The notes beneath the pieces were generated by a model that was not told where the DNA came from, did no database searches, and was given only the letters and a program-made list of their open reading frames with translations. Shown here piece by piece: positions 26,136 through 34,366 of a DNA stretch of 64,000 nucleotides. The stretch's first letter is position 1; each line of letters begins with the position of its first letter. A program made the translations under genes and the position numbers. Source of the stretch: a virus (Duplodnaviria; Caudoviricetes); IMG/VR virus record IMGVR_UViG_3300019874_000004, positions 871 to 64,870 of that record, one strand, 5' to 3'.

Positions 26136-28994
26136 GTGGTCGTTAGCTTGAAGCCAGATACAATACGGTCTGGCTTTCGCGATTGGTTCGTGGGGGAAGA
26201 GAACGCAGAGGGAGAGCAGCGGGCATATTGCCCGGTGTGTGAAGATCCCGATGTGTCCTCTTCCCCTTCTGCTATGATGAACCCAGATGGAGATATCTGG
26301 AATTGTCTGAAGGGGAATCACGGCGGGTCGATTACATCCCTATCCAAGCAACTTAAGACGGAGCGCGGCTGGGATATCAGGGGCGCTGCAAATGCAGCGA
26401 CCCGCCGCACAGCTCCCGTACACTCCCCCAAGCAAACCAATAAGTCAAAAGGTCCCGCCCCATCTCCCACCGCAGTCATTGAATGGAACCAGGCCCTCTT
26501 GGAAAACAAGGGGGTCATTTCCAGCTTTATGAGCAGGCGCGGGATTGATGAAGAATCCATTATCGAGAACGAGATCGGCTGGGACGAGAAGACCCGGCGC
26601 TTTACAATCCCTGTGTACGACAAGGACGGGGAGCTAGTCAACATTCGCAAGTACAAGATGGGCGCTGGCGACAACGAGCAGAAGTTCATCAACCACCAGG
26701 GCTGGGGCAATGCGCGTCTGTTTATGCCTTGGGTCTTGGAAGACGCAGAGGGCATTATCCTGGCAGAGGGAGAGCTAGACTGTCTCTTGCTCAACCAGAT
26801 GGGGTTTCCTGCGGTGAGCGGGACGGGTGGCAGCGGAACCTGGCTGACTGCATGGTCCAAGGAGTTCACTGGTAAGACAGTCTACGTCGCATATGACCAG
26901 GACGACGCAGGGGAAAAAGGCGCATTGCTAGTGAGCAACGCGCTGCGTAACTTTGCCACCGCAGTCTACCGGGTGAAGCTCCCTACGCCTGGGTCTGACG
27001 TGACTGATTTCTTCATGAAGGAAGACTTCACTGAGGAGGACTTCGAAAAGGTCCTAGAGGCTGCCAGCGCGGCCGGCAACCGGGTCTCTACCGCGATAGA
27101 AGATATGCCAACGATCGGGACTAGGGCGAGTCTCCTTGAGTCGATGAGCGAGGGCTCTACGGGCGAGCCTCTAGAGCTAATCGTCTCTGTGACAGGCAAG
27201 ATGCAGGAGCCCTGGACCGCTCCCCGCAGAGTGGTCGGGACTTGCGACATGAGCAAGGGTGTGGCATGTGAGACTTGCCCACTCCAGAGTCGCAACGGCT
27301 CAATGGAGATCCTGACACAGGCGCACGACACCCGGCTGATTAGCTTTGTGGATATCTCCGCCACCACGCAGCACAAACTGTTGCGATCTTTGATGGGGGC
27401 TCGCTGCTCAGACCGGATTCAATTTGACATTGAAGAGATCTGGAACATTGAAGAGCTGACGGTTCAGAACAGCATTGACGAGAGAACCGACGATGTGATT
27501 GCAACTCCGACGCATCGGACGGTTTGGTCTATCGGGACCTACCGCACGCAGACCAATGAGAAGATCAGGCTCCTGGGTCAGAACGTACAGGACCCAAAAT
27601 CGGGCGGCTTGAAGTTCACCTCCTGGATCAATCAGAAGGTCGAGCTGGATATCGACAAGTTCAAGCTAGACAGTGAAAGCCGTGACCGGCTGACACAATT
27701 CCAGCCGGAAGAGGGGCAGTCTTATCTAGACAAGTGCCTAGATATCGCAAAGGATATGTCTGCGAACGTGACAGGAATCATCGGCAGAGAGTTACTCCAT
27801 GTTGGGATGGATCTAGTATGGCATTCTCCAATAGCATTCAGAGTTCGCGACAAGGACGTCGACAAGGGCTGGCTGGAGATGATGGTAGTTGGGGATACTC
27901 GTACGGGCAAAAGCGAGATAGCGACCAGTCTGATGAAGCACTATCTGAGTGGCAGACTAGTAAGCTGCGAAGGTGTGACGTTTGCGGGACTGATTGGTGG
28001 CGTCCAGCAGATCAACGGCAGATGGAACATGACCTGGGGAGCCGTCCCGATGAACGACAGACGGTTAGTTGTGCTGGACGAGGTCAGCGGAATGGCAGAG
28101 AACAACATCATCGAGCAGATGAGCCAGGTACGGTCTTCCGGCATAGCCCAGGTAACTAAGATCGCATCTGAGAGCACAAGCGCACGGGTTCGGCTGATCT
28201 GGATCTCTAACCCGGTCGGCGGCAAGTTCCTCTCCGAGAATAGATTGGGTGGTATTGGTGCTCTTATTACCGTGGTTCCCAACATGGAAGATATCGCCAG
28301 ATTTGACTTTGTCATGGCGTCAGCAAAGGGCGATGTCGGCAGTGCAGATATTAATGCTGACCATCGACAAGGCACCCCATCTTACAGTAGTGACGACTGC
28401 GAGCTGCTGGTCAAGTGGTCCTGGTCCCTGGGTAGAGATAACGTCAAAATTGGGGATCGCGCGGTTACAGCTGCCTCCCAACATGCGATTAAGATGGGTG
28501 AGCGATACACAAGTAGTCCTCCACTTGTGCAGGCCGAGAATGTTCGGTTCAAGATTCTGCGAATCGCCGCAGCAATGGCAGCTCGAACTTTCTCGATCGG
28601 CAAAACCGGTCCAGTTACCTTACAGGTTTCCAAGGCCCATGTAGAGGACGCCGTCAGATTCCTAGATGCGATTTACGGGGAGGACTCCCTAGGGTACGGT
28701 CGGATGAGCCGGGCCGAGATCGAGCGAACCAGTAACAGCGAGACGAACCTCAGCCTCACCCGGCAGCTACTCAAGCAACACCCAGGAGTATTTGAGACCT
28801 TGTTCATGAATATCGGAGGTGAGTTCAGAGTCCGGGACTTTGAGGAGTTCCAGGGCATCGAGAAGACAACTGCAAGTAATATCAGCGCAAGCCTACACAA
28901 GTGGGGCCTGACGAAGTATGCGGGCCGTGGAGTGTTCTCAATGACAGAGCAGCTAGTGAAGCTGCTAGATGAACTCAAGGAGGAGGGCATATGA
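26136..28994 (+). CDS. Primase-helicase fusion (Zn finger + TOPRIM + MCM-like AAA+)
   Basis: CPVC..WNCLKGNH; LAEGELD and AYDQDDAG TOPRIM motifs; GDTRTGKS; GLIGG..VVLDE; RFD arginine finger. Confidence 0.88.
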   Translation: MVVSLKPDTIRSGFRDWFVGEENAEGEQRAYCPVCEDPDVSSSPSAMMNPDGDIWNCLKGNHGGSITSLSKQLKTERGWDIRGAANAATRRTAPVHSPKQTNKSKGPAPSPTAVIEWNQALLENKGVISSFMSRRGIDEESIIENEIGWDEKTRRFTIPVYDKDGELVNIRKYKMGAGDNEQKFINHQGWGNARLFMPWVLEDAEGIILAEGELDCLLLNQMGFPAVSGTGGSGTWLTAWSKEFTGKTVYVAYDQDDAGEKGALLVSNALRNFATAVYRVKLPTPGSDVTDFFMKEDFTEEDFEKVLEAASAAGNRVSTAIEDMPTIGTRASLLESMSEGSTGEPLELIVSVTGKMQEPWTAPRRVVGTCDMSKGVACETCPLQSRNGSMEILTQAHDTRLISFVDISATTQHKLLRSLMGARCSDRIQFDIEEIWNIEELTVQNSIDERTDDVIATPTHRTVWSIGTYRTQTNEKIRLLGQNVQDPKSGGLKFTSWINQKVELDIDKFKLDSESRDRLTQFQPEEGQSYLDKCLDIAKDMSANVTGIIGRELLHVGMDLVWHSPIAFRVRDKDVDKGWLEMMVVGDTRTGKSEIATSLMKHYLSGRLVSCEGVTFAGLIGGVQQINGRWNMTWGAVPMNDRRLVVLDEVSGMAENNIIEQMSQVRSSGIAQVTKIASESTSARVRLIWISNPVGGKFLSENRLGGIGALITVVPNMEDIARFDFVMASAKGDVGSADINADHRQGTPSYSSDDCELLVKWSWSLGRDNVKIGDRAVTAASQHAIKMGERYTSSPPLVQAENVRFKILRIAAAMAARTFSIGKTGPVTLQVSKAHVEDAVRFLDAIYGEDSLGYGRMSRAEIERTSNSETNLSLTRQLLKQHPGVFETLFMNIGGEFRVRDFEEFQGIEKTTASNISASLHKWGLTKYAGRGVFSMTEQLVKLLDELKEEGI

Positions 28995-29330
28995 AAGACT
29001 GGGGCAATATGACGGAAGAGCAACAACGCGAGCTAGACGATCTGCGCGCAAAGTATGAGGCCCGCCCACCGCAGCTAGATCAATGCGACTGCCACGAACA
29101 CCCCCGGCCAGAGCGTTGTGAGAACGCAGCAGTCAAGGGGCAAGGCGGGCTTTGTACGCCGTGTCTATTCGGATGCGCACCATGACGCAGATGATGGATT
29201 GGTTCAGGGATCTCTGTAACCAGTGGAAGTCAGAGTCTTTCTGGAAGTGCCCGCTATGTAAGGCACTGGTCGAGAACGAAGACAGTGGCCATCATGTTGA
29301 GTGGCATCGGGAAAACGGGGCTGACTTCTA

Positions 29331-29891
29331 ATGCAGACATTCTTGACACAGAAGAGATTCGGCCGGACCGCAGCCGACCTGGATGACACGACCCTATCTA
29401 TGCAGATGACTCAGTGCATGCAGATCTTCGACACTCTGACCGGCGTGACTCCGGACTTCCAGCCGGAACACCCCGTCATGGGTATGTGGGAAGGCTACGA
29501 ATATGCGCTGGGTATCTACGCCATGATGCTGAATCTGGAGTGGACCTTCCAGCGCGGCTTTGCGCATCACGAGTGTCTGCGATTCTTCCACCAGAACATA
29601 AAGGAGATGCACGACCAAGACCCAGAATTTATCTATGAGGTTCCGCCGTGGCTGAATGATGTAGCCGTCATCAAGTCACATCGCTCGAACCTCGTCCGTC
29701 GTCTCCGCAGCCAATACGAGGATCGTTGGAAGGTGGCCCCGGATAACTGGCCGGTCCTCTGGCCTAAGATTGACTTCACAAAACCAGAGGGCTATACGCT
29801 CTGGCTCGCGAAGGGCGACAAGGAGAGGCTGCGGAAGGGCGAGCGGACTCTCCCTCCCGACGACGTAATGGAGAGGGTAGTCAATTGGTAA
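29331..29891 (+). CDS. Pyrimidine-dimer glycosylase / endonuclease V-like (MSMEG_6728-like), catalytic motif altered
   Basis: MQTFL..LD; HPVMGMWEGY; EW..RGF; SHRSNL..R; the usual KQRVE is replaced by MQMTQ. Confidence 0.75.
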   Translation: MQTFLTQKRFGRTAADLDDTTLSMQMTQCMQIFDTLTGVTPDFQPEHPVMGMWEGYEYALGIYAMMLNLEWTFQRGFAHHECLRFFHQNIKEMHDQDPEFIYEVPPWLNDVAVIKSHRSNLVRRLRSQYEDRWKVAPDNWPVLWPKIDFTKPEGYTLWLAKGDKERLRKGERTLPPDDVMERVVNW

Positions 29892-30357
29892 AAGACTTCC
29901 TCTGGATGCGATTCGAGGTCTTCCCGCAGCCCAAGATGCGGATCTACCCCTGCTTCACAATCTGGTACAGCGAGAAGGGCGGGCGGCCGGTTCTCAAAGG
30001 CGAGCGGTCCTGGACCAAGATCAGCGGCTTCATGGTTAGGACTCGGAATAGCAAATCATATTCAATCCAATTCAGGAGGGTGTACAGATACTGATGTTCC
30101 TATTCCTTGCATTTGTATTTGGGTTTGTTGGAATCACACAGAATGCGAGCTATGAGGAGGGACACGCCCACACACTCCCAGGAGTCATCATTCTGTGGAG
30201 TCTGTGCGGCTTGTGTCTTGCTCTTCATGCGTTTGAGGAGAGGCATTGACTGATATTCAGGACTTCCTCAGAGAGCAAGCTGATCTAGGCTTGCACTGTC
30301 ACATGGTAGAATACATCGATGGAGATCCCGTCACTACTTGCTTCAATGGAGACTGCG

Positions 30358-31137
30358 ATGTCGAAGATATTAATTCTCGGATGCGGACCAGCCGGACTCA
30401 TGGCGGCACATGCAGCAGTCCTGGACGGACACGAAGTGATCATCATGAGCAAGCCCAGAAAGAGCCAGATGTTCGGGGCGCAGTACCTACACGCACCAAT
30501 TCCCCTGGCCTCTAGCTCTCCGGCCTTCGATATCACCTATGAGCTGCGGGGGACGGCTGAAGGGTACCGAGAGAAGGTATACGGCCCAAACTTCCGGGGA
30601 GAGGGTAGCCCGGAGTACCTCGAAAAGACGCATTCTGCATGGGATATCCGGGAGGCATATGATTTCCTCTGGAATGCATACGGCAGCACAGTCCTAGACC
30701 GGAACTTCGCACCGAGCGCCGCAGTACAAGAGGCACTAGACTGGACTATTCCAGATATCACAATCTCCACGATCCCGGCTTACCTAGTCTGTAGGAATCA
30801 ATGTGACTTCTTCAGCCAGAAGATCTGGTCTGCCAATACCAGCGTGAATATCCCTCCAGATCACGTCATCTGCAATGGAGGGAAAACTCCGGCCTGGTAC
30901 CGCGCAGCAAATATCCAGGGCTGGACTACGGTTGAGTGGCCTCAAGAGAGCAAGCCTCCCATCCCAGAGGGTATACTCTCATCAGTCACTAAGCCGACCG
31001 GCAATAACTGTAAATGCTTCCCGGAGATCCATAGGATGGGACGCTATGGGAAATGGGAGAAGGGAGTGCTATCACACTCAGCGTTTTACGAGACCGCCCA
31101 GCTCCTCTCGCAGCCAATACAACAGAGGTTAATATGA
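30358..31137 (+). CDS. FAD/NAD-dependent oxidoreductase (UDP-galactopyranose-mutase-like fold)
   Basis: KILILGCGPAGLMAA dinucleotide-binding motif; GAQYLH; C-terminal GRYGKW. Confidence 0.8.
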   Translation: MSKILILGCGPAGLMAAHAAVLDGHEVIIMSKPRKSQMFGAQYLHAPIPLASSSPAFDITYELRGTAEGYREKVYGPNFRGEGSPEYLEKTHSAWDIREAYDFLWNAYGSTVLDRNFAPSAAVQEALDWTIPDITISTIPAYLVCRNQCDFFSQKIWSANTSVNIPPDHVICNGGKTPAWYRAANIQGWTTVEWPQESKPPIPEGILSSVTKPTGNNCKCFPEIHRMGRYGKWEKGVLSHSAFYETAQLLSQPIQQRLI

Positions 31138-31805
31138 GCTTGTACGTTCACCCGCTAGCTAATGTCATCGGCCTAGACATTGACGGGACGCTCGGCGACT
31201 ACCATTCACATTTCGTCCGGTTCTGCAATGAGATCTACTATCCCCATGGACTGCTATCTGGGCTATCTCCGAAGTGGGCTGCGACTGCAGGGGAGTTTGA
31301 GGTGGCCTTGGATTTGTCCAAGTCCGAGTACCGCGCCGCTAAGCTCGCCTACCGGATGGGCGGGCTGAAGCGGTCTATGCCGCTATTCCCCTGCGACGCG
31401 GAGGACGGGATCAAGGGTGAGATCCAGTACATACGGTCGCTCGGGATTCAGGTCTGGATCTGCACGACCCGCCCATGGCTCTCTCTGACCACAATAGACC
31501 AGGACACACAGTACTGGCTTGAGCACAACGTCGGGCCGGTAGACGGCCTGATCTACGGAGAGGACAAGTATCGGGACCTAATCAGTATCGTCGGCATGAG
31601 TCGAGTCCTGGGCGTGTTAGACGACTTGCCAGAGAATGTTGAACGCGCAAAGGCCCTCGGCCTCCGCAGCGCTCTGCGGCGTGGTCCGCACAATGTATGG
31701 TGGGCGTCTTCACACTCTCCTGTCTATCGCAACACGCAGGTATTCAATCAAGCAAGAGACATCTCATCAATCGCTGAAGAATGGAAGCAAATCCACCGTG
31801 GATAG
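31134..31805 (+). CDS. HAD-superfamily phosphatase / 5'-nucleotidase-like
   Basis: IGLDIDGTL (DxDxT), ICTTRP, K..VLDDLPEN. Confidence 0.85.
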   Translation: MSLYVHPLANVIGLDIDGTLGDYHSHFVRFCNEIYYPHGLLSGLSPKWAATAGEFEVALDLSKSEYRAAKLAYRMGGLKRSMPLFPCDAEDGIKGEIQYIRSLGIQVWICTTRPWLSLTTIDQDTQYWLEHNVGPVDGLIYGEDKYRDLISIVGMSRVLGVLDDLPENVERAKALGLRSALRRGPHNVWWASSHSPVYRNTQVFNQARDISSIAEEWKQIHRG

Positions 31806-32388
31806 GAACTCTCTACACAACTCAAGCTACGACCCCATGGAGTTCTTTTACTTTGGAATGGATCGGATCGATGCCATGCCGGATTGGCAGGCAATGGAGT
31901 ATGACCTACCCATCCTGCACCTGGGGCCAGGCAAGAAAGGGGATCAGCTAGACACGATAGACCTGGAATACCCTGAGTACGACTTCGACACCTCAATTCC
32001 ACTGATCCCTGTGCAGGAGTACTTCAATCTGCACTTGACAGAGCCGGTCTCCCCCTGGAAAGACAACTCGGTCGGCGGAATTGTGGCGACGCACGTCCTT
32101 GAGCATTTAAAGGACCCCCGCCCTTTAATCTGGGAATGCGGTCGGGTCCTGGCCCCGGGCTGTCCGCTCTCGATTGTCGTCCCCAAGGCCGGTTCTAACC
32201 TCTGGAATCAGGACCTCGACCACAAGACCGGTTTCGTCCTGGACACATGGAAGACGCTGCTTGACAGTAGTTTCTATGTGAAGGGCAAGAACATCCAGCA
32301 CAAGCTGTCTGTTGGCTTCAACATGGAGATGTCCATGAAGGAGGGCAACAACGTCATTGTAACGCAGCTCATTAAGGAGGGCGAATAG
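31798..32388 (+). CDS. Class I SAM-dependent methyltransferase-like
   Basis: ILHLGPG; PWKDNSV..HVLEHL; RVLAPG..IVVP; DLDHK. Confidence 0.8.
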   Translation: MDRNSLHNSSYDPMEFFYFGMDRIDAMPDWQAMEYDLPILHLGPGKKGDQLDTIDLEYPEYDFDTSIPLIPVQEYFNLHLTEPVSPWKDNSVGGIVATHVLEHLKDPRPLIWECGRVLAPGCPLSIVVPKAGSNLWNQDLDHKTGFVLDTWKTLLDSSFYVKGKNIQHKLSVGFNMEMSMKEGNNVIVTQLIKEGE

Positions 32389-32532
32389 ACCAAGTGCCCG
32401 ATCTGTGGCAACAACATTGAGTGGATATTGATGCCACTGCATCTCCTGATCGCGCACGTCATCAAGAAGCAATAGACATCGCGCCCGGTCTCCGGTACTC
32501 TCCGGGGATCGGGCCTAGTCATAGGGAGCGTC

Positions 32533-33108
32533 ATGAGGATCAACAAATTCGATAAGACCCCATCCATAGGAAAGCAATTGCCAATGAAGCCGGGTGAGAC
32601 GGCTTATCTGATTGAGTTGGACGGCACTGAGAATGCCGAATTCAAGCAGATTCTAGAGGGCTGGATCGACGCCCTAGAGATGCACGAATATGCCAGCCAT
32701 GACTACAAGAACCGGGAGCTGTTTGGGCTAGGTATCCGAGGTGAGTTCGTCGGGTTCTGGCGCAAGGCACAGAAGCTGCACGCAGAGGTCTGGGAGCAGA
32801 AACTCAAGCTCACCCGGGAAGGCGTTCAGGAAGTCCTCATGGATTGCATGGGTGCGGTCGGCCTCATGCTATCTGAGCAGAGGAAGAACAAAGACGGCTA
32901 CAGCGCCAGCTGGAGAGACAACCACAACAACAAGCCGACCTTCGGCCCAGGGCCGGACGACAGGCTAGCCACATTCAAACCTGCACGACAGGGGGCAACA
33001 AGCGGCACCTTCACCAACAGGACGGCATCCGGCCGACGACCTGAGGAACACGCTATAGATTGCCGCTGCCAGAAGTGCAACGACATCACCTGGGCGACAC
33101 GCGGATGA
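32533..33108 (+). CDS. Nucleotide-modification-associated domain (Nmad1/DUF1599-like)
   Basis: HDY..GLGIRG..RK..KL..E..EVLMD pattern; context next to HAD and MTase genes. Confidence 0.6.
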   Translation: MRINKFDKTPSIGKQLPMKPGETAYLIELDGTENAEFKQILEGWIDALEMHEYASHDYKNRELFGLGIRGEFVGFWRKAQKLHAEVWEQKLKLTREGVQEVLMDCMGAVGLMLSEQRKNKDGYSASWRDNHNNKPTFGPGPDDRLATFKPARQGATSGTFTNRTASGRRPEEHAIDCRCQKCNDITWATRG

Positions 33109-34034
33109 AATTTGTATCTCTACACAGCCACTCTACCTACAGCTACATGGATGGATTTGCGCTGCCAGAGGTACACGTCAAGCGAGTCGCAGAGCTAGGG
33201 ATGTCGGCGCTGGCATTAACAGAACATGGAAACGTTAGCAGTCATGTCAAGCTGGAGCTGGCTGCGGCCAAGGAGGGGATCAAGCCAATCTTTGGACTGG
33301 AAGCCTACACCGCTCCCGCAGACATGCGTGAGACTAAAAATCTGCGCAAATGGCATCAGACGATTGTGGCGATGAATCATGAAGGATATCAGAACCTTAA
33401 CCGTCTCGTTACGAGATCCTGGGATGAGGGCTTCTACAGGTGGCCGACGGTTACAGGACCTATGCTCAAGGATCTCCACAGAGGGCTTATCGTCACTAGC
33501 GGGTGTTCAGATAGCCTCGTTAATTGCTCCCTCCTTGGTGGAAAAGGAATTGAAGAGGCAGATGCAGGAGAGAGCAGAGCAATTGGCGTTATACGCAGGT
33601 ATAAGCGACTCCTCGGCGACAGATATTATCTCGAAGTTCAGCGTTTTCCAGAACTCGAAAGGACGCGCACACTCAACGCTTGGCTGGCCCAAGCCAGTAA
33701 GCGCACTGGGGTCCCCCTTGTTGCTACAGCTGATGTGCACTACCCCTTCGGTGAAGACAACCAGATGCAGAAGATTCTGCATGCAGCAGGACGCAACACT
33801 GGTACTGTCGCTGCTGCGGAGGCAGGGTGGGAATACGACATTCTCCTCACTTACCCAACAAGCGACCAGCAAATCCGCGAACAACTTATGGGAACAGGGC
33901 TATCGCGTAGCCAGGCGGAGGGAGCGATTGAGAATACGTCGGTTATAGCAGGACGATGTAATGTAGAGATCCCCAAGATGGAAAGGGTTCGGTTCCCTGG
34001 AACCATTAGGGACATGGAGGCAGAATGGGGATGA
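33105..34034 (+). CDS. dnaE: DNA polymerase III alpha, N-terminal piece (PHP domain only)
   Basis: SLHSHSTYSYMDG, LTEHG, GLEAY, WHQT, SGC, TADVHY: complete PHP metal-ligand set. Confidence 0.92.
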   Translation: MKFVSLHSHSTYSYMDGFALPEVHVKRVAELGMSALALTEHGNVSSHVKLELAAAKEGIKPIFGLEAYTAPADMRETKNLRKWHQTIVAMNHEGYQNLNRLVTRSWDEGFYRWPTVTGPMLKDLHRGLIVTSGCSDSLVNCSLLGGKGIEEADAGESRAIGVIRRYKRLLGDRYYLEVQRFPELERTRTLNAWLAQASKRTGVPLVATADVHYPFGEDNQMQKILHAAGRNTGTVAAAEAGWEYDILLTYPTSDQQIREQLMGTGLSRSQAEGAIENTSVIAGRCNVEIPKMERVRFPGTIRDMEAEWG

Positions 34035-34366
34035 CTGTTCGTGGACTTCACCTCAGGGTGATCCGCGCTAAGGGATGGGCTAGCGAATGGCCTTGTGTAT
34101 CCTGTAAGAAGACCAGTAATAAGAAATGGGGCATGGACTGGTCTCGGATTCATGGACGCTCAGGCCGGGACATCGAGGACTATGAGCCGATGTGTCGTAA
34201 GTGTCATATGCTGTATGACAGGTCAACTCTTATCGCAAGCGACGTTATAGAAATCAGAAGAATGATTGCGCGTGGAATGCCGCAGATTGATATTGCGCAT
34301 GCATTTCATGTGAGTCAGATGACCATCAGTCGTATCAATACCGGGCAGACTTGGAGTCACATCTAA
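34031..34366 (+). mobile_element. Free-standing HNH homing endonuclease with C-terminal HTH, inserted between the dnaE pieces
   Basis: CVSC..PMCRKCHMLYD; QIDIAHAFHVSQMTISRI HTH; ATGA and TAATG overlaps with both dnaE ORFs. Confidence 0.85.

Noticed and set aside
34031-34366. Group I intron or split intein joining the dnaE pieces
   Set aside because: The HNH ORF overlaps both dnaE ORFs, leaving no space for an intron core. Neither fragment end has intein block A or block G residues.
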